A stretch of 62,313 nt of DNA, the filler included, from Sphacelaria rigidula (taxonomy: Eukaryota): assembly GCA_964200075.2 (NCBI GenBank). It is 7 parts of 7 records of this genome, joined end to end, with 100 filler letters (N's around TTAATTAATTAA, not from the genome) between each part and the next. Parts side by side here need not be neighbours in the genome. Positions count along the whole stretch, not along the records: positions 17,837 to 26,653 come from CAXNAA020010030.1; positions 26,754 to 35,569 come from CAXNAA020010031.1; positions 35,670 to 44,484 come from CAXNAA020010032.1; 4 more parts are not named here. One strand, 5' to 3'. A model generated the notes under the pieces. It was given only the letters and a program-made list of their open reading frames with translations, had not been told where the DNA came from and ran no database searches. Of this stretch, positions 26,027 to 37,867 are shown piece by piece. Positions within the stretch are counted from its first letter, which is position 1; the number at the start of each line of letters is the position of its first letter. The position numbers were made by a program, and so were the translations under genes.

Positions 26027-26916
26027 GTGAGTATTTCACGAAGTTGTTTCAGTACAGACGGGCCGATCCGTCGATACGTGCCTGTCATGATCTTATCCGG
26101 TTGCGGTGTGTGTTCACGGTCTCTTCGCCAGTCTGCATTATCTCAACATTGACTATATATGTTGTCGCTTGATAACAGGTGACGGATTCGCGTGGTACGG
26201 CACACCAGAGGGCCAACGATGTTGATCAAATGTACCTCGGCAAGAGCACCGTGACTAGATAATAATGGCCCTCAGTTGCAAAGAATACGGCGAACGACCT
26301 CTTCGATTCAATAATACGAGCATTATTGCATGGTAAACATAAGAGATCGGGGACCGCGAAATATATGCGGTAACTTGTCGTTGAGGGGGGTGCGTGTAAA
26401 CAGAGAGAGAGAGGAGATGACTGCTCAGCTGCACCGTTGATGATAATTGCGTTGTTGGTTGGTCGGCGATACTTTCCCAAAAGCCGACCTCGCTCCTCAA
26501 GAGTGTCAAGATTATTACAACGTATCGATTGTCTGGTTGTATGTGTAATGCGTGGAGGACCGCGTGCTTAGAGGACCGCATCGGAATTCGAACATCCCTA
26601 TGGTTAGGGTTAGGGTTAGGGTTAGTAGTCGAGTTATGGTCAGAGGCGTGGTANNNNNNNNNNNNNNNNNNNNNNNNNNNNNNNNNNNNNNNNNNNNTTA
26701 ATTAATTAANNNNNNNNNNNNNNNNNNNNNNNNNNNNNNNNNNNNNNNNNNNNTGCGTGGTCAATGGTCAAACGAGTAAGGCAAGCAACAAATGAGTACG
26801 CCCCCCCCCCCAGTTGGTACAAACCAAACCTTCAACTTGTGAAGGCTCTGCCGTCTTGTCACCAGTGTGCACCAATCTTGATCGAATGTATTTGCTCCAC
26901 TGCCCTCAACAAACAG

Positions 26917-27060
26917 GCATGCAACAGCTACTGCGCGGGAATGCAGGCCGCATACATGGGGCTGCAGTACGGAAACGAATGCTGGTGCAGCATGGACGCA
27001 GCAAAGGACTTCGAGCGCCACGGCGTTGGTCTCTGCGACGAGCCTTGCGGTGGCGATTCG
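26917..27060 (+). CDS. WSC-expansin-like gene, exon a (second half of a WSC domain); 5' part of the gene is off-contig
   Basis: aaacag| ACNSYCAGMQAAYMGLQYGNECWCS...CDEPCGGDS |gtgagg; WSC Cys pattern and QYG.ECWC motif. Confidence 0.92.
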
Positions 27061-27904
27061 GTGAGGATCTTGCCTCAGAAATATGGAAGCGGCGTCCTTT
27101 GGTTGAAATAGGATAGCACATACTCCGGAGTACATGAATGTACATTGCTCAAATCAAGCCGTGGGCTAACACGTGCATCGATTTAGTTGCCGTTCGAATG
27201 GTACAATACTTTGCGAACTACATTTTCTACACGTTTCCCGGAAAACTGCAGCTAACTACTGTTATCGTATCGCCTTTTAGACTATGGTTTGAGGTGGTTT
27301 GAGGTGTAGTGCGTGGTCTGTGTTCGTCTTGACAACGGTATTTCGTGGTATGCACTCCCGAATGAAGTGCCGATGAGAGTCCAACCCCTTGACCGCCTTT
27401 CACACGGTGGGTAATCCTCTGGATAGACATCAATTTCACTGAGCACAAACCATATTACCAGCCACCCAAGAGTCGAAGATTTCGTGTTGTTCACGTAGCC
27501 ATTCTACTCGTACCTTCATCTCGCGTACTCTGACGTAACGGGAGTATCACAAGAAAGCAAGTACTCCCGCGCTACCCCCTCGCCCCCCTCCTTCTCGCCC
27601 CGCACCCCACGCCTCCTCCCGACTTTGTAGGGATGCGAGGTCAATGGCCTTATGACTATGACACGCATGATCTTAAGTACACCCACGCTCGTCCCCGCCC
27701 TCAACATTTTTCTTCCAACAGCGGTCAATCAACTACAAAACGGAGGACATTCCAAACTTGACTCTGCTTTGACGCGCATCGCCGTGGGCGAAACGAGCCG
27801 CACGTGGCAACCGCAGGTGCATGATTAGATGCATGGTACAGATCGCCCCTGTGTGAAGATGCGCCTCCTTCCCCTCGAACCCTCGCTCGGTGCCGTACAT
27901 GCAG

Positions 27905-28099
27905 ATGACGACGTGCGGCGGGGACTACGCTTTCGAATTGTACGCACTTGAGTGTATCGAGGAGACGCACTCTGAATACGTAGGCTGCTATCGCGACATG
28001 AAGAGCATGAGGCTGCTGAGCAACATGGTGGGGGATGAGGAGATGACGACGTCTATGTGCCGTACGCACTGCGACGGCTATAACGTCTACGCAACCCAG
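27905..28099 (+). CDS. WSC-expansin-like gene, exon b (end of one WSC domain, start of the next)
   Basis: tgcag| MTTCGGDYAFELY...YVGCYRDMKSMRLL...MTTSMCRTHCDGYNVYATQ |gtactt. Confidence 0.92.
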
Positions 28100-28809
28100 G
28101 TACTTCACTTATTAGAGTGCCGAGCAATCCCTCGCCGAGGGAAGTTGTTGAGTCCGTCCAATCAGCATCACGGTTGGTTGAATACACGATTACGTTGTGT
28201 GTTTTTTGCGGTAACCATGATGGTGGTCGAGCTAGATCTCTCTTGTGCGGGGTGGAAGTACCTCAATCCCGCGCGAAGGAGATGATTACTACGTAGTGTT
28301 TCAATGATGAGACACCAATGCGGCAGTGTTGGACGCGCGTGTCTGTCTCTGGAAGTGGTGACATCAAAAAATAAAGCAACTCTTTTGAGGCTGTCATCCG
28401 AATGCAAGATGATCAATACGCTTCGGGCCGAACAATCTTAGCAAGGTCCAGCTCACCCTTCATGCGGCTGGCCTAACACATCGCGGCGCTTCACGCTTGG
28501 TGATCGATTGCGAGCCTGGTCCGGCGAAAACCCGGCGTGCTCCGTCCCGGCTTCGTAGGGATGGGAGGTCAATGGTATTTCCGACCACGACCTGCGAGAC
28601 CATGAGTACACCCCCCCCCCCCTCCCCCCCACCCAGCGCGGGGCGGCTCTACGCCGCGATTTTTGTTGTACGGACAAAAGTGAATAATCGTGATCGTCGT
28701 ACGGTACACGTTAGTTCTCGTTTCTCGAACATGGTGTTCCATGATCCCTCATTGCGAAAAGTATTCCTCGTCTGCTCCTGCCGTCCGATACGCCGCCTCG
28801 TGTGTGCAG

Positions 28810-28912
28810 TACGGTAACGAGTGCTGGTGCGGCAATTCAGATCCGTCCGCCTACGAGGAAACCCTCGGAGTGTGTCACATGCAGTGCGCCGGTGATTCGA
28901 CCAGTCCCTGCG
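28810..28912 (+). CDS. WSC-expansin-like gene, exon c (WSC)
   Basis: tgcag| YGNECWCGNSDP...CHMQCAGDSTSPC-G |gtgagt, phase 1. Confidence 0.92.
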
Positions 28913-29195
28913 GTGAGTGTCTAGATGATTTGCCCGTCGAGCGCAGTGTTTTCGTTGCGTTTCCGTCGCGAGCGTCGCAGTTGTTGCAGTTGTCGCATAC
29001 TCCCTGCTCTTCGAAACTCCGTTGTCGCCTCGATCCACTCGAGGGTGGCGTGGGTGAGCCAACAAGTTTCTCCGTGGTTCCGGTTTCCACAGCCAAAGTA
29101 ACCGAAGTATCGAGATATTTTATGCACTACTTTCGATATTTCCTCCTCTCCTCGGTCCTCCTCCCACTGTCCGCCACACCTGGTACCTTATGCAG

Positions 29196-29494
29196 GTGGA
29201 TACCTGGCATTTAGTCTTTACGAGTACAGCGACGGAGTGACAGCCGAGCCGACCGACACGCCTGTCGCCCAGCCAACTCCCGAGCCGGCCTCCGCGTCAA
29301 GTGGGGGATCCACCACTGGAGCAGAGGCACTGTCCGATGACGACGATGACGCAACTCCCCTTCCTGCTCCTTACGATGGTGCAAGAACGGGAGACGGAAC
29401 CTACTACGGTACAACGTCTGGCGGCAACTGCGGGTTCAAGGGCGACTACCCTGTCAAGACTGATGGATATATACCCATGGCGTATAGCTACGGT
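29196..29494 (+). CDS. WSC-expansin-like gene, exon d (WSC end, P/T/S/D-rich linker, start of the DPBB domain)
   Basis: tgcag| GYLAFSLYEY...TAEPTDTPVAQPTPEP...DDDDD...RTGDGTYYGTTSGGNCGF...AYSYG |gtaagt. Confidence 0.88.
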
Positions 29495-29929
29495 GTAAGT
29501 GATTATTATGTGCTGAGATATGGCAGTAGTCCTACCTTTCATCGTAGTCATTCTGCCAGTATCGCCATTTTTTTTCTCCTGTTCATTTCTTCTGTGGGTT
29601 GCTGCACCTGTAGAAAAGGGTATTTCTCTTGCTCAATGTGCCTATGGGCATATCATGAGTAGATCTCGTTCCGGCATTCGTGCATGTGGTGTCTGCCGCG
29701 ATTTGCATTGTTTGCTCCCTATTGGAAGCGTACGCATCGAAAATTGGGTGCGCGGAATCGAACACCATCGGTGTTCAACCCAACATGCAGAAGGAGGGCT
29801 GCAGCCGACACATGCCCGGGAGAGAGAGAGGTGGCCTGCAGTGTTGGGCTGATCCCATCAGTCAGCTCACCTCGTACTAGTTCCGTTCAACATCCTCTTG
29901 TACCCTCCCTCCCTTTCCTCCCATACTAG

Positions 29930-30355
29930 GGAAACTCCGAGATATGCGGAGCGTGCGTGCAAGGCTCCGGCTCGGGAAGTGGAGCCGGTGCAGACCCGAT
30001 AACGGGCGATTTCAAAGGGTTCATCATGGACAAGTGCTCAGAGTGCGCTACAAGTGACCTCGACTTCTCGAAATCTGGTGACGGCCGTTGGGACATTGAA
30101 TGGGAATTCGTCGAGTGCCCCTATGAAGAAGAACCCTATTTCGTGTTTGAGGGTAGCAACAACTTTTACTGGAAGATCAGCCCTCGCGCTTTTCTGGTCC
30201 CCGTCACGAACTTGTACGTGAACGGTGTAGAGTTCGAACGCACTGACGACAACTATTTCGAGGGAGAGTTCGATTCTGAGACGACGGGCAGTCAAGTCGT
30301 GAAGTGTGATCTGCTGGTCGGAAATTCTCAAGAATATGACGTTTCTCGAACTTGA
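29930..30355 (+). CDS. WSC-expansin-like gene, last exon (DPBB remainder plus CBM63-like domain)
   Basis: Polypyrimidine tract and ctag| GNSEICGACV...MDKCSECATSDLDFSKSGDGRWDIEWEFVECP...EGSNNFYWKI...RTDDNYF...*. Confidence 0.9.
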   Translation, partial: GNSEICGACVQGSGSGSGAGADPITGDFKGFIMDKCSECATSDLDFSKSGDGRWDIEWEFVECPYEEEPYFVFEGSNNFYWKISPRAFLVPVTNLYVNGVEFERTDDNYFEGEFDSETTGSQVVKCDLLVGNSQEYDVSRT

Positions 30356-31112
30356 GACGAAGGGCGTGGTGCGGAGCTATGCTGACGAGGGTGATACGGA
30401 TGGGATGACAAGTGTTTCCGTGTTCTCCCACTCCCCAGATGGTTGGAGGGCCAGCACATTAGCTTCCCCCCCCTCCTCTTGGCGTTTCCTTTTTTTTGCT
30501 AAAACTGTAGTTTCGTTTCCTCGTTTTGTTTGTCAGCGCCGCAGAAACAGATCATCGTAATACACGTCTCCCGCTGTCAATTTTCAAAATGTCCCAGAAG
30601 CAACTCTATCTTGCTGCTGTTATTGCACCACAGTAGTCACACACAAATGCCTGTGATCGACAGACCGGTGGGATGATGGATTCGGATCATTGTTGCGGTT
30701 GCGGTCACACCACGCGACCCGCACATATGAATGCCTCGCGCGGCTGTAGGGTCGTGCAGTGAGATGAATCCGCTTTGAGGCCGGGGTGAAGCTCGCTGCA
30801 CCCCGGGCCTCAGCCTCGATGGCGTGTATTTTGTTGCTCGTATGGTTTCGTGGCTGAGGGGTTGGGGTGGGAAGGTGACACATGGCCTTGTTGCAGGGAC
30901 TTCCGTCGCCCTGTTGTAGCTGCATTGTTCATCTTGGCGTAACGATTTTGTCTTTCCTGTCTTTTGTGCTGACTTTTCTTTGCTTCGGGGTCCAAGAGAA
31001 CGAGCGGGTGGTGTGTGAGTGTATTGATGACGCTGTGACGGTATACATCAGACCTTGATGACCCTCCGAGCGGCGGATCACGTTGACTAATGAAGTGCTC
31101 TAGCACGTTTAC

Positions 31113-31190
31113 GCTAGTGTGACCCGATGGAATATACAGCTAGTGTGACCCGATGGAATATACAGCTAGTGTGACCCGATGGAATATACA
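31113..31190. repeat. Perfect 26-bp tandem repeat x3
   Basis: gctagtgtgacccgatggaatataca three times. Confidence 0.97.
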
Positions 31191-32365
31191 ATTACACGAA
31201 GAGTAAAGGTCGCGCCTTGGAGATGCGATGGCAGTATGGTGTGCGGAAGAGACGCAGAGTAGTAGCCCTGCCCTTGTATTGTCTATGGGTGTAGCCGAGG
31301 CTGGCGTGTTGATCATCCGGGTAATGCTTTTCTCAAATAGCCCTGTGCAGAATATGGACGGTAGGATTGTTCGTGTTGAATTAACTCGAGCAAACGATGT
31401 ATAACAGTGTTTTCGTGAGATCAATCAGTGAATTAATCGTTTCAGTTCCGAAATGCATTTCCACGAGGCCCAATATGCTTTCTGCAATAGCTGGCCACTG
31501 AGGCCCTTAATATCCCTGGGTAGGATATCGACGTGCAGCTGTAAGCACACGCAAGTGATAAAGGTAAAGAAGAGCACACGTGGAATAAGAAAATGACTCA
31601 CTTGAAGCGAATGATCAAAGCCACTCTCAATCGTATCATCTACTCTCAATCTCACGAAAACACTGTTGTATGTTGTGCGCGAGCGAAAGGGTGTGGGGGA
31701 GCAGGAATTCAGTGTTTTTAGGATTGGAGGGGGAGGGGGTGATTGGACTGAAATAAGGGGTTAAAGACTACGCACGCTTTCATGAGCGTTTATGTGGGTC
31801 AAACGTTGTCAACGGATCAACTAAATGTGAAAATATGCGATACGTTGATACGGGAAGCATCCGAACCGAATTTACTGTCTTCGACGACTCTTTCGAGTTG
31901 ATTCTACCCCTTCGCGCAAGGAGTGGCTTCAAATATCCCATTTCACAGGGTAAGGGTTGGGTATACGAGAGTATTGCAACGAATCAGGTTGAAATTACTT
32001 GTAGTCTCGTGGAGAAGGGGCTGGTGATGTCACCAAGTCCGCCCCCCGTACCGTTCCGTACCATTGGAATACTTGGTCGCTTTTGGCTTGTTTTTAGTTG
32101 AAAATAAAGAGATGGGAGGTTATTTTTCCCGTACATGGTGCTTTGGTGTTGTGGGTTCGTGATGTTCCGCTACTTTAGGCTCTCTGCTTTGTTTCGACAA
32201 GAAGGTATACTCTCCCCGAGTACAATAAACGTTTTCCCACGTTTTTTTTTTTATGAATGGCGTCATTCAGCGAGCTAGCGCTCCGAGGTGTACGCTGGCG
32301 ATTAAACGGATTGATCAGCCAGTTCGACAGAGGGTTCGTCTCACCTCGAGGGCGGCAAGAAAAGT

Positions 32366-33883
32366 CAGGGATGTGTACGGAGGACAATCCGCTCCGCGCT
32401 GTTTTACTTTTTTCGAAACTTCACGGAGCGGATATCCGTCTGTGTGGAAAATTACGGAATATGACGGAGCGGATATTCGCCACTGAAAATGTCACGGATT
32501 ATTGAGGAGCGGATATCCGCCAACGAAAATGTCCCGGTGCGGTGCGGATTTTTCGAATATGGCACGGAGCGGATATCTGCCCGCTACAAATGTACGGATT
32601 ATTGCGGAGCGGATATCCGTGTCATGGAATTTTAGTCAATTCAATTTTTCACGGAGCGGTTTGCCCACCTCCATCGAATAAACCGCGCGTCCCGCGGTGC
32701 ACCGTTGCAGTAATCCGTTAAAACAATACGGTTATCCGCGAAAGACGTATGGTTATCGGCGGATAAATACCAAAAAGTACGAAATGGGTTGTTTTGCTTT
32801 GACTTCCAGCTGTTATACAGGGGGGACGGCGGGTTAAATGGCGCACATGTAAGGTCGAATCCCTGGAGAAGAAATAAAAAATCAATAGAGAATAATGAAC
32901 AGTACAGATCTGAATTTTGAATGTCACCCTACAGGACAGGGTGACGGGGAGCGGGGTGGCAGACGCGCAACAGCAGCAGCGCTTGATCCAGGACGAAGGC
33001 TATCTACCACAAGAAAAAACATGGAATACATTCCTCAAGAATGACGTCAACAGCAGCACAGTAGCCTTCAACTGAAAACAAAGGAAGATTTTCGTAGTGT
33101 TTTCGTAGTTGAGGATATTCGAAAGTGATTTCGCGTGCCACCGTTTATCCCAGTGGACATTTGAGTTTGGGGGTCTACCAGGCATCTCCTCCACATTCCA
33201 AGAAACGATCATATCTGCGCTCATCATTGAACGACTTACAGGCTGACCGGCTTTCGGGGGTCCTGACACTGCCCAGCCCCAGGTTCTGACCCTTGAGTAT
33301 TTTTGCACTTCGAATTCAAACGTACCCGGCATTCGGAACAATTTATCCGTGGGATTTTGTGGCTCTTCAGCGGTTTGATCTGAGTGATGCTACGGAGAAC
33401 GCACGGATGAAGTGCGGGATGCAGACTTTCAGAACCGTATCGGCGAATTGCTTTACCAGAACGATATTTTTATTCTTCGAATTCTAAGTTATCCGGCATT
33501 CAGAACAAATTCGTCCGGGGAAATCCGTGCCTTTTCAGCGGTTCGATCCGTAAGTTATGCCACAGAGGACGCACGGATTACCTACGGAGTGGATAGAAAA
33601 GCACAGTAGAAAACCGCGTATCACGGTTCCAACCGCGTAGCTGTGATCTATACGGAGCGGAGCGTTGTTTTTTGAAATTGTCACGGATCGGAGCGGAGCG
33701 GATATCCGTACATCGGAATATTCATGGATTATTGCGGAGCGGATATCCGCCAACAAGATCACGGTGCAGAGCGGAGCGGAGAGGATATCCGCCCCCTACA
33801 AATGCCACGAAGCGGTGCGGATTGACAAACCGCATCGCACTAATCCGCACCGCGGATTTGTTCTTATTCCGTGCACATCCCTG
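32366..33883. mobile_element. Non-autonomous hAT element (1518 bp) with a perfect 8-bp TSD
   Basis: TIR CAGGGATGTGTACGGA / TCCGTGCACATCCCTG; AGAAAAGT at 32358-32365 and 33884-33891; subterminal arrays of CGGAGCGGATATCCG at both ends. Confidence 0.93.
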
Positions 33884-34623
33884 AGAAAAGTTTGCTCGGT
33901 ATCCAGAAATGGGTTTGCTGTAATCCTTCGACTGCGAAGATAGGTCACCTGCTGAATCGACAACCACAAAAAAAACAAAAGAGTATGGCCGAGCAGATGC
34001 ACAGAACACAGCCGATTGGAGGTGGACATTCGTCTTCAACTGCAGGGTCGAAGGGAGAACACCCTGTCAAGGTTGATTTTTGAGACGACCTTGGAAGTTG
34101 CTACCACCTACAGTACTAGGGTATCCAAATGTGTGGACGCTGCACAGCAGGAGACCTTGCACAAGGTCTCATCTTTTATTAACCCTGTGCAAGGATGGAC
34201 CCTTTCCGGGAATAGGGCATAGTACCCTGCCAAGATTGCGTTTGTCACAAGACCCCGATGGACTGTGTCATCTACCAAGGTGTCCGAGAATGCGGACCGT
34301 GGATAACGTGGAACGTTGTGCCGGGTGAAAGATATACAGGAACCCCGATCAAGGATGGACCCTGTTATGGATATCCCAAAGTCGGAACCCGTGCAAGGTC
34401 GACTCTTGTCCTCCGTAATAACCACGGATGCCATTTACAACGCTAGAACATGAACAGCTCCCGTTTGGCGGACCACAAACAAGGTGTAAAACTTGGATAT
34501 GGCAACCGCTGCTGAGACGTGCCGCCCCATGCAATATGGTTCAGCCGTGACTGTGTACGTATTTACGTCTAACTAAGATTTAGTGTGAACGCTCCCGTGC
34601 AAGCGGGTCGATTAGATATACTC

Positions 34624-35059
34624 TTAAAACAGTACACTTCACAAAACCCTTCAGCTCTACTTCACCCTGCGAAATTTTTCATTTTCGGAAGCTTGATGAG
34701 ATAGTGCAATGTTTTTCCATCATCGTTCACGTTCGACGAGGGCGAGATTCGACCTTCGACTCAAGCAGTCAGTGCCTGAAAGTGTGCGCGTAATAGGCAA
34801 TACGCGGAGACTTGATGGTGGATCTGACACTTTGATTCTAGTTAAAACAGTACACTTCACGAAACCCTTCAGCTCTACTTCACCCTGGGACATTTTTCAT
34901 TTTCGAAAGCTTGATGAGATGGTGCAATATTTTTCCATAATCGTTCACATTCGACGAGGGGGAGATTCGACCTTCGACTCAAGCAGTCAGAGCCTGAAAG
35001 TGTGCGCGTAATAGGCAATACGCGGAGACCTGATGATGAATCTGACACTTTGATCCTGA
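34624..35059. repeat. Direct tandem duplication, ~218-bp unit x2
   Basis: ttaaaacagtacacttcac...tctgacactttgat starts at 34624 and 34842 with few mismatches. Confidence 0.92.
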
Positions 35060-35336
35060 GAAACGGAAATTTCACGTATGCATGCATACCTCACGCGATG
35101 AACGAGGTGACACCAGACTGCAGAACGATTTCTTGGAGTTCGGTGAATTTTGGTGTCGCAGGTTTTTTGTATTTTCTTCGTCTTTCTGGATTGTCTATTA
35201 TTTGGCAATCGCAGCCTTTTGTCGGGAATACATCTTTGCAGTGACATACCAGAGACTGAGACCACACGTGTATAAAGAGCCAGAGCAAGCAGGTACAAGT
35301 AGGAAAGGTCCGAATGGACCAGATTCCCGAGGAACC

Positions 35337-35568
35337 TGTAATGCCGAAGTAACTAGACAACTTGGGGTGATGCCAGGAAGAGCCCAATATAGGACGGCCC
35401 AACATCCCCCAAGGTCTGGGTCGCCCCTGGCGCCCACTTCTCGTCTGACCCCCTTCTTGCCTATATATACAAGAGGAAATCATCGCCGGCCTCGGAGTTC
35501 CTTCGGCATCAGGATGGCAGTCTCCCCCCGTAGGTCTCTGATTACACTAGCGATACGCCTTCCTTACA
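35337..35568. mobile_element. Candidate short LTR (solo or contig-truncated)
   Basis: TGTAA...TTACA ends and internal TATATATA; right flank lost in the spacer, so no TSD test is possible. Confidence 0.4.
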
Positions 35569-37002
35569 TNNNNNNNNNNNNNNNNNNNNNNNNNNNNNNN
35601 NNNNNNNNNNNNNTTAATTAATTAANNNNNNNNNNNNNNNNNNNNNNNNNNNNNNNNNNNNNNNNNNNNGGGGGCACTTATTTGTTGCTCGCCTTAATCG
35701 TGTGACCATTGACCACGCATCCCTTTCGAGACGGAGCAACCCGGTTGGGGGGGAGGTCAAGTTGTTCGAGAAAAACTGGAAATTATTCTGAAAAAGATTG
35801 TATTTCAGCAGAATCATATATTTTCCTGTCTTGTCTTATTTTTTGAAATTTTATTCCTTGATATCGTCCGCAGGGTGGAACATACGCGTGGAGCTTGGGC
35901 AGCATCACACCGGCGACCACAATAGCGGTGTATTTTGAAGTGACCAACAACCAGTCGGAGCCGCTACCGGTGCACAAACGCCGCTTTTTACAGGTGGGTG
36001 GTTATTTTCCATCTAGATGAACGAATATTATTCCGACCTCTTGAAGTGGTACCTACATGCTCCTTGATGCATTTTTGAATGTTTTCATCCTGTATTTCCA
36101 TATATTCGAAGTGTTTCATACTTGGAGTATGACGTGGAAAATGAGACATTTTTATCAGTGCATCAAGTGACCATTTCAATTCGGCATTGGTGCAGCGTGT
36201 GTATGTGTGTATGTGTATTGCGTGGTACCGGAACTGTGCGATGTGCTTAACCCATTCCTTGACTTATCAGACCTCTTTTTTGCAAGCGAAAATGTCATAC
36301 CTTTCCCAGTGGACGGACTCACACGACCCTCATAAACGAGCCAATATCTGAGTGTGCTCCGCGTTGGTGCCTGCATACCCGTGCACCGAATCAGCAGTCA
36401 TGACGGATTTGCTCAACCCGAGAACCAAAGGTTATAGCATATATACATCGATAGTGCACTCGCTGGGATATTCGTCATCATTTGTGACAGTCAGACGGTG
36501 CAGTTGGGATTGTTTTCATATATACATTTGTATGGGACACAATCGGAACAGAAACAAGTGTGCTATCTATGTATATATATCATAACCTTTGCCGAGAACG
36601 AGAAGTGGCTAAGGGGATGCCTATACCGTCAGTATATGCCCATATTTCTCCACGTATGTTCCATATAATGCGTCACGAACCAACGGAAACTCATTTAATC
36701 GCGCGCCGAGTTCGAGAGGAGAGAGAAAGCGACATAGACAGCACACACGCGCGCGCTTACGCACACAGAGAGAAACGGGGGGTAGGCCGTGAGAATGATG
36801 GGGCGCCCTTTGTGGATGCTAGCGGCACGCCCGCTGCAGTCCCCGGCGGTGTTCCGCCTCATCCCGAACCCGCGGCGTCAGCAGCATCAAACAGCCGACG
36901 ATCGAAAATGAGGACGGAGCCTTTCATTTTCTCCATCCTCAATTTCGATGACCGGCTGTCATCAGGAGCGTCAGCTGTTGACGACGACGACGACGACGAC
37001 AA

Positions 37003-37867
37003 TGATGACGTGGTGGCAGTGTCCGGCGCTGAGCCTGAAGTGTGGCTGAGCGACAAAAATTGCACGGAGAAGTTGCGCACGCTGAAGAAACAGCGGCGGA
37101 AGCCGAAGGTACCCGGAGCCTCCGAAACCCCCCGGAAGGACTTCCGATGCTACGTCCAAATTCACCTCCCACGGAAGTGGGATCGGGCGGAGATGAGGTG
37201 CAGCCCGTCTCCGACCAACATGCTGAAGCATCTCGTCACCGGCTTCCCCGGCCACCGAGAGGCACAGGACGACTGTTTAGCCCGTAAGAACATTGGCAAA
37301 CGAAAGCGTCAGCATGAAGCTGAGACAACCAGAGATGAAATGACCAGTGGCGCGGAGTAACAGCGCCAGGAGATCGACGGCTACGTCAGGAAAAATAACT
37401 TGGCCTGGCAGCTGCCAGGCCAAGATGTTTTTTGCCGAAGTAGCCGTCGATCTCCTGACGCTGTTACTCCGAGCCACTGGTCGTTTCATCTCTGGTTGTC
37501 TCAGCTTCATGCTGACGCTTTCGTTTGCCAATGTTCTTACGGGCTAAACAGTCGTCGTGTGCCTCTCGGTGGCCGGGGCAGCCGGTGACGCGATGCTTCG
37601 GCAGCTTTGTTGGAGATCAGCTGTACCTTGTCTCCGCCTGATCGGACTTGCGCTCTTCCGCCGAAACTTGCAGATGACATACACGTACAGCTGGAGGGTG
37701 CATTTGGACGTGGCGATGAGAGGTAGTTCTGGTTGTGTGCAGAGAAACTCCAGACGGTTTCGACTTCCCCCGCTGTTTCTTCAGCGTGTGCGACTTCTCC
37801 GTGCGCGTTATCTCGCTTAGCCACTTGTCGAGCGCGGCGGGGGGTACTCCCGCCACATCATCGTCGT
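37003..37867. repeat. Long inverted duplication centred at 37411/37412 with no loop
   Basis: Perfect 26-bp core cttggcctggcag|ctgccaggccaag; near-identical arms about 37225-37385 vs 37440-37600; diverged outer arms (gcacggagaagt.gc.cacgctgaagaaacagcgg). Confidence 0.93.

Noticed and set aside
26603-26626. True telomere at the contig end
   Set aside because: Only four repeats, lying inside a MITE whose sequence continues past them
25863-30355. Apparent LPMO plus expansin cell-wall gene cluster
   Set aside because: The two genes are on different contigs separated by an artificial spacer
31113-31190. 26-bp repeats as a CRISPR array
   Set aside because: No spacers, no cas genes, eukaryotic context
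36560-37360. 266-aa ORF as an intact gene
   Set aside because: N-terminal part is low-complexity and UTR-like, the remainder is one arm of the palindrome, and its mirror copy has stops
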